From the NCBI GenBank assembly GCA_963729505.1, contig CAVSOA010000001.1, positions 14,342-78,341 on the forward strand: a stretch of DNA of 64,000 nucleotides, in the 5' to 3' direction. A model generated the notes under the pieces. The model was not told the origin of the DNA, did no database searches, and was given only the letters and a program-made list of their open reading frames with translations. This DNA comes from an uncultured Solirubrobacterales bacterium. Its GTDB lineage: Bacteria; Actinomycetota; Thermoleophilia; Solirubrobacterales; 70-9. Of this stretch, positions 53,762 to 64,000 are shown in pieces. Positions within the stretch are counted from its first letter, which is position 1, and every line of letters starts with the position of its first letter. Position numbers and translations under genes: made by a program.

Positions 53762-54956
53762 CTAGTACGAGCGCGGGAGGCCGAGCGAGTGCTCGGCCAC
53801 GTAGTTCAGGATCATCTCCCGCGAGACCGGGGCGGTGCGCGTGAGGCGCGCGCCCCAGTACATGTCGGTCAGCCCGTACTCGAGGGCGAAGCCGTTGCCG
53901 CCGTGGGTCTGGATCGCCTGGTCCACGCACGCGATCGACGCCTCGGCCGCCGCGTACTTCGCCATGTTCGCGGGCTCGCCCGCCGGCGCTCCCGCGTCGT
54001 AGAGGGTCGCGGCCTTCTGCGTCATCAGCCGGGCGAGCTCCAGTTCGATCTTCGCCTTCGCGAGCGGGTGCGAGAGGCCCTGGTGTGCGCCGATCGGGGT
54101 GTCGCCCCACACCTTCCGCTCGTTGGCGTAGTCGGAAGCCAGCTTCAGCGCGCGGCGGCCGACGCCGTTGGCGACGGCGCGCGCCCATGATCCGCTCGGG
54201 GTTGAGGCCGTCGAACGCGGCCTTCAGCCCGGCGGTCTCGGACTCGCCGATCACGCGGTCGGCCGGTACCTCGACGTCGTCGAAGAAGAGCGTCCACTGC
54301 TTGTCCGACGCCTTCACCGCGACCGGGATGAACTGCTTCTCGAGGCCGGGCGAGTCGGTGTCCACCAGCATCAGCAGCGGCAGGCCAAGCGACCCGTCGT
54401 CCTCGCGCTTGCGAGCGATCACGAGGATCGCGTGCGCGTCCTCGACGCCGGAGATGTAGGTCTTCGTGCCGCGCAGCTTGTAGACGTCGCCGTCGCGCGT
54501 TGCCGCCGTGGAGAGGTTGTGCGAGTTGGTGCCGGCGTCGGGCTCGGTGATCGCGAAGGCGACGCGCGTGGTGCCCGCGGCGATGCCGGGCAGCCAGTCT
54601 TCGCGCTGGCGCTCGGTGCCGTGGCGGGTGATGATCGAGCCGACGATCGCGGGGGAGACCACGATCAGGAGCAGCGAGCAGCCGGCCGCTGAGATCTCCT
54701 CGCCCACGGCCTGCAGGGCGTGCATCCCCAGACCGCCGCCGCCGTATTGCTCGGGCAGGTTGACGCCGAGGTAGCCCTTGTCGGCCAGCGCGTCCCACAG
54801 CTCGCGCGGCGACTCGTCGGCCTCGACGATGCGCCGGTGGTACTCGGGCCCGCCGAAGCTCTCGCAGATGCCGCGCACGGCGTTGCGGATCGCGACCTCC
54901 TCGTCGGTCGCGACTACGGGCAGGTTGACGGCATCGACTGCCTCGGTGGCTCCCAT
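53762..54956 (-). pseudogene. Acyl-CoA dehydrogenase (one frame change near 54185)
   Basis: ATG 54956 follows GAAGGAG. Pieces lie in ORF 53670-56285 and ORF 53762-54112. Motifs: VAFAITEPDAGTNSHNLST, RGTKTYISG, IGAHQGLSHPLAKAKIELELARLM, THGGNGFALEYGLTDMYWGARLTRTAPVSREMI. Confidence 0.85.
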
Positions 54957-54967
54957 CTCAGCTCCTT

Positions 54968-56189
54968 CTAGAGGCCGTAGGAACGGCCGATGACTTCGAG
55001 CATGACCTCGTCCGTGCCGGCGCCGATGCGGTTCAGGCGCTGGTCGCGGAAGGCCCGCTCGATCTCGTATTCCTTCATGTAGCCGTAGCCGCCCAGGATC
55101 TGGACGCACTCGTCGGCGACCTCGTGGCAGATCTGCGCGGAGTACAGCTTCGCCATCGAGATCTCTCGCACCGGGTACTCGCCGTTCGCGAAGCGCCAGG
55201 CGACCGTATGGGTGAGCTGCTTGGCCGCCTCGATCTTCGTGGCCATCTCGGCGAACTTGTGGCGGATCGCCTGAAAGCGGCCGATCGGGCGGCCGAACGC
55301 CTCGCGCTCCTTCGCGTACTCGAGCGTGCGCTCGAACATCCTCTCGGCGCCGGAGTAGCAGCCGGCGGCGCCCACGAGCCGCTCTCCCTGAAGCTCCCAG
55401 GAGATGTGGTAGAAGCCCTTGCCCTCCTCGCCCAGCACGGAGTCGGCGGGCACGCGGAAGTCCTCGAAGGCCAGCTCGCCGGTGTCCGAGGCATGCATGC
55501 CCATCTTCTCGAGCTCCGCCGAGACGGTGAAGCCCGGGAGCTTCTCCCCGTTCTGAGTCGCGCAGGTCGATCAGCATCAGCGTGATGCCGTCATGGCGCT
55601 TGGAGGGGTCGGTCTTCGTGACCAGCACGCAGAAGTCGGCGCGCGGCCCATTGGTGATGAACGTCTTCGAGCCGTTGATGACGTACTCGTCGCCGTCGCG
55701 GATCGCGGTCGTGCGGATGCCGGCAACGTCGGAGCCGGCGCCGGGCTCGGTGATGCCGAGGCACCCGACCTTCTCGCCCTTGATCCCGGGCACCAGGTAG
55801 CGCTGCTTCTGCTCCTCGGTGCCGAGGAGGTGGACCGGCGGCAGGACCATGTCGGTCTGCACGGCGAAGGCCATGTTGGTGCCGCCCGAGCCCGAGTAGC
55901 TCATGCACTCGGCGCGGATCAACGAGTAGTAGTAGTCGCCGCCCTGGCCGCCGTACTCCTCCGGGAAGCAGAGGCCGAGGTAGCCCAGCTCGCCGGCGCG
56001 CTTCATGACCTCGGTGGGCCAGTAGGTGTCCTCCCACTCGTTGCGGTGGGGGTGGAGCTCCTTCTGGACCCACGCCTTCATCGACTCGCGCAGGTCGAGG
56101 TGCTCCTGCGTGAAGAGGAGGTGCTTGCGCGCGGCCTCGTGCTCGGGCTTCAGCACGTTGCTGCCGTTGGACGTGGTCGCTGTGGCCAC
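54968..56189 (-). pseudogene. Acyl-CoA dehydrogenase (isovaleryl/short-branched-chain-like; one frame change near 55550)
   Basis: GTG 56189 lies 7 nt after GAGGAGG. Pieces lie in ORFs 53670-56285 and 54968-55504. Motifs: GCLGITEPGAGSDVAGIRTTA, NGSKTFITNG, FGRPIGRFQAIRHKFAEM, ILGGYGYMKEYEIERAFRDQRLNRIGAGTDEVM. Confidence 0.85.
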
Positions 56190-56265
56190 TCGTACGCCTC
56201 CTCGGGTCGAGAATGGCGTCGCCCACACGACGCCTGCATGAAGTGTAGAGTAATACTTTCTACTT

Positions 56266-57050
56266 ATGGCGTACGAAAAGATCACCTACGAGGTCGGAGA
56301 CAACGGCGTCGCGACGATCGCGCTCGACGATCCGGAGACGCGCAACTCGCTCTCGCCGGAGCTGCTCGGCGATCTGCTGCGGGCGCTGGCGGACGGCGAA
56401 GGACGACGACGCCGTCCGCTGCGTCGTGCTGACCTCGACCCACGAGAAGGTCTTCTCCTCCGGCGGCAATCTCGCGGCGTTCGGCGGCCGACGCGCCGCT
56501 GATCGACCGCTACAAGGGCACGCAGCCGTTCGTCGACGTCTTCAAGGCGCTCGGCGAGCTGGGCAAGCCGAGCGATCGTCGCCGCCAACGGCCACGTCCT
56601 CGCGGGCTCGCTGGGCATCGCCCTCGCGTGCGATCTGATCGTCGCCAAGGACACCGCCGGCTTCGGCACGCCCGAGATCAACGTCGGCCTCTTCCCGTTC
56701 ATGATCATGGCGCTGATCTACCGCAACGTCCCGCGCAAGAAGACGACGGAGATGCTGCTGCTGGGCGAGCGCCTCACCGCCGAGGAGGCGAAGGAGGCCG
56801 GGATCGTCAACAAGGTCGTCCCGGCCGAGGAGTTCGACGCCGCGGTGACCGAATGGGCCGAGAAGCTGGCCTCGAAGTCGCCCGTGGTGATGAAGCTCGG
56901 CAAGGACGCGATGTGGCGGCAGATGGACATGCCGCTCGCCGACGCCCTGGACTACCTGTGCTCGCAGCTCACCATCGAGCTCGGGACCGAGGACGCGATC
57001 GAGGGCGTCATGGCGTTCTTCGAGAAGCGCGAACCCGAATGGAAGGGCAG

Positions 57051-57054
<4 letters not shown>
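56266..57054 (+). pseudogene. Enoyl-CoA hydratase/isomerase family (at least 3 frame changes)
   Basis: Pieces lie in ORFs 56266-56502 (ITYEVGDNGVATIALDDPETRNSLS), 56426-56638 (LTSTHEKVFSSGGNLAAFG) and 56701-57054 (..AIEGVMAFFEKREPEWKGR*). An alternative frame reads IVAANGHVLAGSLGIALACDL. Confidence 0.8.
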
Positions 57055-58618
<1,564 letters not shown>

Positions 58619-58622
<4 letters not shown>

Positions 58623-59491
58623 GTGTCTTTGACGACCCGGTGATCATCAGCAACTCGATCTCGGGCGCGATCGCGAACCGCGACCAGTGCCCGGCGATCC
58701 CGTACACGCCGGAGGAGTACGCGGCGGAGGCGCGGCGCGCGGTCGACGAGGGCGCCTCACAGATCCACATCCACGCGCGCACGCCCGAAGGGATCCCGTC
58801 GTACGAGATCGAGGACTTCCGCGCGATCACCCAGGCGATCCTCGACGAGGTCGGCGACGTGATCATCAACTACTCCACCGGCGCGATCGGCGTCTCGATC
58901 GAGAAGCGACTGGAGTACCTGCGCGAGCTGACCCCCGACGTGGCCGCGCTCAACATGAGCTCGATGAACTACGCGAAGTACTCGCGCCGGCGCAAGGACT
59001 TCGTCTTCAAGGCCGTGTTCGAGAACTCGTTCGACACGATCATCGAGTTCCTCACCGAGTTCCGCGAGCTCGGGATCAAGCCCGAGCACGAGTGCTTCGA
59101 CGCCGGTCACGTCGCGAACCTCGATCCGCTGATCGACATGGGCCTCGTCACCGAGCCGCACCAGATCTCGCTCGTGATGGGCGTCAACGGCGGCATCCGC
59201 CCGACCTCGCGCAACGTCGGCGTGATGGCCGAGCAGATCCCGGGCGGGCCGGACACCGGGGCGAACTGGCAGGTGATCGGGATCTCGCGCGACCAGTGGC
59301 GGCTGCTCGCGACCTCGCTCACGCTGGGCGGCAACGTCCGCGCGGGGCTCGAGGACAACCTCTACCTCCCGAACGGCGAGATGGCCCGCTCGAACGGCGA
59401 TTTGATCGCCAAGGCCAGGCAGATGGCGGAGGACGTCGGGCGCCGGGTCGCAACGATCCCCGAGGCACGCGCAGATGCTCGGGCTCGGTGA
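58619..59491 (+). CDS. BKACE-family (DUF849) beta-keto acid cleavage enzyme
   Basis: Intact. ATGA overlap with the carboxyltransferase gene. Motifs: PVIISNSISGAIANRDQCPAIPYTPEEYAAEARRAVDEGASQIHIHAR, ECFDAGHV, GGNVRAGLEDNLYL. Confidence 0.8.
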
Positions 59492-59524
59492 GAAGAGCAA
59501 GGCACTGAAGGCGGGCGCGGCCGC

Positions 59525-60761
59525 GTGACCGGCGCCCTCGAGGGCATCAGGGTCCTCGACCTCTCCCGGCTCCTTCCGGGGGGCTACTGCTCGCTGCTCA
59601 TGGCCGACGCGGGCGCCGACGTGATCAAGGTCGAGGACACCGGGATGGGCGACTACGTTCGCTGGGCGCCTCCCCTCTACGGCGACGATTCCCACCAGGC
59701 CCTCGGGACCCGCTCGGCGCTCTACCTGGCGCTCAACCGAGGCAAGCGCTCGATCCGAATCGACCTGAAGTCCGACGCCGGCCGCGAGGCCTTCCTGCGG
59801 CTGGCGCGCGAGGCCGACGTGGTGCTGGAGAGCTTCCGCCCCGGCGTCCTCGACAAGCTCGGCGTCGGCTACGAGGCCCTGCGGGAGGTGAACCCGGGAA
59901 TCGTCGTCTGCGCGATCTCCGGCTACGGCGCCACCGGCCCCAACGTCACCCGCGCCGGCCACGACACGAACTACCTGGCGCTGGGCGGAGTCCTGGGCCT
60001 GACCGGCCCGAAGGACGGCCCGCCGGTTCAGGCCGCCGGCCAGATCGCCGACCTCGGCGGCGGCGGGCTGATGGCGGTCTTCGGCATCCTCGCCGCGCTG
60101 TGGCGCCGCGAGCGGACCGGGGACGGGCAGTTCGTCGACGTCTCGATGACCGACGGCGCGCAGAGCTGGCTGGCGATGGTGGCCGGCCAGTTCCTCTGCG
60201 ACGGCAACGTGCCGACCAGGGGCACGGGGATGCTGAACGGTGGCGTCGCCTGTTACCTGCCCTACGAGTGCGCCGACGGCTGGGTGAGCGTGCGGGGCGC
60301 TGGAGCCGAAGTTCTGGCAGGCCTTCTGCGCGGGGACGGAGCGGCCCGACCTGCTCGAGCACCAGTTCGCCGCTCCCGGGTCCGAGGGCCACGCGAAGAT
60401 CGCGGAGGTCTTCACGGGCCGGACCAAGGCCGAGTGGGCCGCCTTCAACGACGAGCACGACTGCTGCATCGAGCCGGTCCTCGACGTCGACGAGGCGCTC
60501 TCGTCCCAGCTCACACGCGAGCGCGAGATGGTCGTCGAGCTCGATCAGCCGCAGCTGGGCCCGGTGCGCCTGCTGGGGATGCCCGTGAAGTTCTCGGAGA
60601 CCCCCGGCGATGCAACTCGCCCCGCGCCCGCGCTCGGCGAGCACACGGAGGCGGTCCTGCGCGAGGGCGGCCTGGGGGATGACGAGATCGCGAAGCTGCT
60701 GGACAGCGGCGCGGCGGCCGGGCTGAACGAGCAACCCGAGCAGGAGGCGTTCCTCTCGTAA
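59525..60761 (+). pseudogene. Family III CoA-transferase (CaiB/BaiF-like; frame change(s) near 60290)
   Basis: ORF 59525-60682 N-terminus reads [52 protein letters not shown]. The C-terminal piece is ORF 60528-60761 (VRLLGMPVKFSETPGDATRPAPALGEHTEAVL). Confidence 0.85.
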
Positions 60762-61387
60762 TGGCCGCGCCTGCGCAGGAGCTGCTCAAGATCTCCGAGC
60801 TCGCCGAGCGGGCGGACGTGCCCGTGGCCACGGTGCGCCACTACCTGCGCGAGGGACTCCTGCCGGAAGGAGTGAAGACGTCGAAGAACATGGCGTACTA
60901 CCCGCCCGAGCTCGCCGAGCGCATCCGCCTGATCAAGCGCCTCCAGGAGGAGCGGTTCATGCCGCTTCGCGTGATCAGAGACGTGATCTCGGCCGATCGG
61001 ACCACGAAGTCCGAGCTCCTCGAGCGCTACGACGTACCCGCGCGCGCCCTGGACCGGCTCAAGGAGGTCGGCGTCCTCAGCCCCGACCGAAACGGGTACT
61101 CCAGCGCGGACGTTCGCATCGTCGAGTCCATCGCCAGGTTTCGCGCCGAGGGCTGGAACGAGACCAGCGGCTTTGGCGCCCGGGACGTCGCCCGGCTCAT
61201 GCAGGGCCTCGAGCCGGTCGTCGCCGAGGAGCTCGAGCTCCTGAGCGAGCGCTTCTCCGCACTTGAGCCGGACAGAGCGGCCGAGTTGCTCGAGAGCGGC
61301 ATGAGCCCGTTCCCCGACCTGATCGGCGCGCTTCACGCCAAGGCGCTCAACGACCAGTTCGAGCGCCAGCGGATCGAGCGGGACTAG
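60761..61387 (+). CDS. MerR-family transcriptional regulator (LiuR-like position)
   Basis: Intact. TAATG junction with the CoA-transferase gene. HTH: LKISELAERADVPVATVRHYLREGLLP. Confidence 0.8.
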   Translation: MAAPAQELLKISELAERADVPVATVRHYLREGLLPEGVKTSKNMAYYPPELAERIRLIKRLQEERFMPLRVIRDVISADRTTKSELLERYDVPARALDRLKEVGVLSPDRNGYSSADVRIVESIARFRAEGWNETSGFGARDVARLMQGLEPVVAEELELLSERFSALEPDRAAELLESGMSPFPDLIGALHAKALNDQFERQRIERD

Positions 61388-61390
61388 GCG

Positions 61391-61777
61391 ATGGCTGAAA
61401 CGAGCGACGTCGAGCGGCTGAACATCGAGGCCTTCAAGGGGTTCGCCGAGCGCGCCGACGAGGGCCCGCTCGTGATGCTCAACCTGCTCGCCTTCAAGCC
61501 CGACGGCGGCGCCGAGCGCTACGCCGAATACGCCCAGGCGACGGCGCCGTTCCTCGAGCGGGTCGGCGGCCGCCTCATATCCGCCTACAGCCCCGCACCG
61601 ACGCTCATCGGCGACGAGGATTGGGACATGGTCGCCCTGGTCGAGTACCCCACCCGCGGCGCCTTCCTCGAGATGATCGGCTCCGAGGAGTACCAGGCGA
61701 TCACCCACCTGCGCACGGAATCCCTCCGCGCAGCCGCCCTGGTCCCGATGGACCCGTCGGACGCCTCACTGGCCTAG
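61391..61777 (+). CDS. DUF1330-like protein
   Basis: Intact. Motif: PLVMLNLLAFKPDGGAERYAEYAQATAPFLERVGGRLI..WDMVALVEYPTRGAFLEMIGSEEYQ. Confidence 0.65.
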   Translation: MAETSDVERLNIEAFKGFAERADEGPLVMLNLLAFKPDGGAERYAEYAQATAPFLERVGGRLISAYSPAPTLIGDEDWDMVALVEYPTRGAFLEMIGSEEYQAITHLRTESLRAAALVPMDPSDASLA

Positions 61778-61847
61778 TCCCGCTCCGGCCGCGCTGGAAT
61801 CGCCGCTTTGCATGGAAGCGACACATCCGCGGGATACTGCGGGGGCG

Positions 61848-62258
61848 ATGTCGCTGGAGAACGTGGAGATCGTGAAGGTGGCCTATGAAGCGTTTGCCCG
61901 TGGAGGGCTTGATCAGTACATGGAGCATCTCACCGACGATGTCGTCTACCGGACTCGTCGAGATGATCCCTCGAGCGCCGAGTCCGGTGCGATCCGTGGC
62001 AAGGACGCCATGCGGGCATGGCTTCAGGACTGGATCGACATGTTCGACGGGTTCAGGATGGAGCCGGTGGAACTGATCGACGCCGGTGAGGACACGGTGG
62101 TTGTGGTTGAGCGATTCGGCGGACGCGCCAAGCTCAGCGGCGTCGAAACAGATCAGACCATCGGAGACGTCGTAACAATCCGCAACGGAAAGATCGCGCG
62201 TGGTCATGAGTACCCGACCCGTGAACAGGCCCTCGAAGCCGCCGGGCTGCGGGATTAG
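61848..62258 (+). CDS. SnoaL/NTF2-like protein, family copy 4
   Basis: MSLENVEIVKVAYEAFARGGLDQYM...IRNGKIARGHEYPTREQALEAAGLRD*. Preceded by the hairpin at 61802-22 and GATACT at 61833-38. Confidence 0.75.
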   Translation: MSLENVEIVKVAYEAFARGGLDQYMEHLTDDVVYRTRRDDPSSAESGAIRGKDAMRAWLQDWIDMFDGFRMEPVELIDAGEDTVVVVERFGGRAKLSGVETDQTIGDVVTIRNGKIARGHEYPTREQALEAAGLRD

Positions 62259-62296
62259 CCGCTTAGGACGAGAAGCGGACGCTCGCAGCGCCTCGC

Positions 62297-62776
62297 CTAC
62301 TTGACCGGGTCGGCCTGCTCGACCAGGAGTTTCTCGAGGTCGGTGACCACCGGGGTCAGCTCGTCAGGGAAGTTGCTGCTGTCGAACGTGACGCTGTGGT
62401 CGCCGCGCTCGATCACGTAGATGAAGCAGTCGGCGCAGCCGGTGTCGTCGCCCGGGCTCTCGATGTCGTCGAAGCCCGCGTCGTCGAGCTGGGAGTTGAG
62501 CTTTGCGAGCTCGGACTCCGGCAGGGTGAAGGTCTTCGTGACCGGGTCGACGTTGCCGCTCTCGATCGTGGTCTCTCCGTTCTCCTCGATCGCCACGTGC
62601 TCGGAGATACCCGCGATCCCGCCCGACTTCGAGTAGGTGAAGCCCTCGACGGCCGGGCCCTCGGGCTCATCGCCCCCGTCGTCATCGCCGCAGCCGGCGA
62701 GGCCGAGGCTCAGTCCCAGGGCGATGGCGCACAGCAGGTTCACAGGCGGACTACGCCGGGCGAGCGTCTTCGTCAC
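62297..62776 (-). CDS. Putative lipoprotein
   Basis: ORF 62297-62824. GTG 62776 gives VTKTLARRSPPVNLLCAIALGLSLGLAGCG (lipobox LAGC), followed by an acidic domain with a CxxC (GCADCFIYV). Confidence 0.6.
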   Translation of the reverse strand: MTKTLARRSPPVNLLCAIALGLSLGLAGCGDDDGGDEPEGPAVEGFTYSKSGGIAGISEHVAIEENGETTIESGNVDPVTKTFTLPESELAKLNSQLDDAGFDDIESPGDDTGCADCFIYVIERGDHSVTFDSSNFPDELTPVVTDLEKLLVEQADPVK

Positions 62777-62787
62777 GCCTCGCGGCG

Positions 62788-63150
62788 CTACGTCTGCGTC
62801 GTCGGCGAGCGATCGCCGAGGCACACGTGCTCATGCGGGCCGCCGCCGTCCACGCGCTTGGCGACCGTGGCGTAGTAGCGCTGGCCGATGAACTCGTACT
62901 TCCAGCGGCCCTTGTTGTTGGTGGTCGTCTCGCCGACCACCATGCCCTCTTCGGTGCGGAGCTTGACCGCGCGGTTCCTCTCGCATGCCTCCCGCTCGGA
63001 GATCACACGCCCGCTGTACTTGGCGGTCATGTCCTCGTGCTTGATGGTGATCGTCGACTCGTAGGTCTGAGTGTGCGCGGACGAAGGGCCGGCGATGATG
63101 AGCCCCGCCGCGACGACCGTGGCCGTGAATGCCCACGCGTTCGGCTTCAT
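62788..63150 (-). CDS. Small secreted protein, unknown function
   Basis: ORF 62788-63159. MKPNAWAFTATVVAAGLIIAGPSSAHT is signal-like. Intact. Confidence 0.5.
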   Translation of the reverse strand: MKPNAWAFTATVVAAGLIIAGPSSAHTQTYESTITIKHEDMTAKYSGRVISEREACERNRAVKLRTEEGMVVGETTTNNKGRWKYEFIGQRYYATVAKRVDGGGPHEHVCLGDRSPTTQT

Positions 63151-63155
63151 GCCTC

Positions 63156-64000
63156 TCACGCGACGAACGCTACTACGCCGCTTGGCGCTCGCTCAACGTC
63201 CTCGCGCACCGCGGACAGGATCTCCGCCGCGAGCCGGGCGCCGTCGGCGGGGTTCTGCGGCGTGGCGGCGATCTGGACGACGACCTCGTCGCGGTCGAGC
63301 TCCTCGAGGGTGATGTCCGGCGGGTAGCGGAGCGGCACGGTCACGCCCTCGTCAACGCGATCCTCCACGTCGGCCGGCGTGACCTCCGCGCCGAACCTCG
63401 CCCGCAGCTCGACGCGCTCGGGCTCGCGCAGAGGAACGATCGGCGACGTTCAGCATCGCGCTGTTGGGGATCATCGTGCTGGTCGGCGCCGCTGACCAGG
63501 GTCACGTAGAAGAGGCCCAGCGAGCCGACGATCCCCTCGATATGTCCCGGCGGCCCAGCCGCCGGTGATCCGCACGCGCTCGCCGACGCGGAACGGGCGG
63601 GTGGTGAGCAGGACCATCCCGGCGAAGACGTTGCCGATTGTCTGCTGAGCGGCGAGACCGAGGATCACGGCGGTGAAGGCACCACCGGCGGCGAGCGTGC
63701 CGGTGGTCAAGCCCCGCGATGCGAAGCGCGACGACGAGCATCGCCATGATCGTGCCCAGGCGGATGGTGAAGCCCACGACGCCGGCGGTCCCGGGCTCGA
63801 GCCGGCGCCACAGAGGACGGTGCGATGCCTTGTGCCAAGCGAGGCGGGCGAGTCCCCAGCCGAGGACGACGAGCAGCACGACGGTCGCGATGCGAACCGG
63901 GGTGCCCAGGCCGGGGAACAGCGTCTGGCGCTGGCTGAAGAGCACGAGCACGCCGGCGATCAACGCCAGGAAGATGAGGGCGCCGCCGCGGGCGCGCTGG
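63156..64000 (-). pseudogene. MscS-family mechanosensitive channel (5' end off-window; frame-disrupted)
   Basis: Pieces lie in ORFs 63502-63963, 63471-63710 (AAGGAFTAVILGLAAQQTIGNVFAGMVLLTTRPFRVGERVRI) and 63156-63368 (C-terminal domain). Coding continues to the window edge. Confidence 0.65.

Overview
This is a 64-kb, visibly very G+C-rich (roughly 70%) chromosomal segment. Its gene content and the frequent GTGA/ATGA start-stop overlaps read like a high-GC Gram-positive (actinobacterial-type) genome. I see no rRNA, tRNA, CRISPR array, transposase, integrase or phage structural genes.

Gene order:
- 1-6.3 kb: two paralogous secreted beta-helix proteins in inverted orientation around a ChoD-like GMC oxidoreductase.
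- 6.5-16.4 kb: six translationally coupled Mce/MlaD-domain genes, with no YrbE/MlaE permease or Mkl ATPase in the window. They are followed by an SCP2 gene and a hypothetical gene.
- 17.5-20.4 kb: Nudix hydrolase, rubredoxin, and an ECF sigma factor with a DUF4349-type partner.
- 20.5-25.6 kb: a minus-strand biotin operon, bioB-bioF-(unknown gene)-bioD-bioA.
- 25.6-31.6 kb: sulfotransferase, AlkA-like glycosylase, enoyl-CoA hydratase, stand-alone biotinyl-carrier domain, GT2, glpK, plsC.
- 31.6-43 kb: a lipid/acyl-CoA block with an MBL hydrolase, 2 SDRs, an S1 protease, a hydrolase-LuxR fusion, acyl-CoA dehydrogenases, a TetR regulator, an SCP2 gene and an alpha/beta hydrolase.
- 42.9-48 kb: soxR with a textbook SoxR box, then clpP-DUF445-Abi-alpha-like genes, and SRPBCC-ArsR.
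- 48-49.7 kb: YciI plus an ECF-type sigma factor.
- 49.7-53.7 kb: a lower-GC stretch with three SnoaL/NTF2-like paralogs and a GT1 glycosyltransferase.
- 53.8-61.8 kb: a liu-like acyl-CoA cluster of 2 acyl-CoA dehydrogenases, enoyl-CoA hydratase, carboxyltransferase, BKACE, CoA-transferase, MerR and DUF1330.
- 61.8-64 kb: a fourth SnoaL-type copy, two small exported proteins, and a partial MscS channel.

The dominant technical feature is that most genes in the first ~30 kb are broken by many small frame changes, plus two in-frame TAG codons. Most genes after 30 kb are intact.

All product names come from motifs I recognise in the supplied translations, not from database searches. Boundaries of frame-disrupted genes are approximate (about +/-50 nt).
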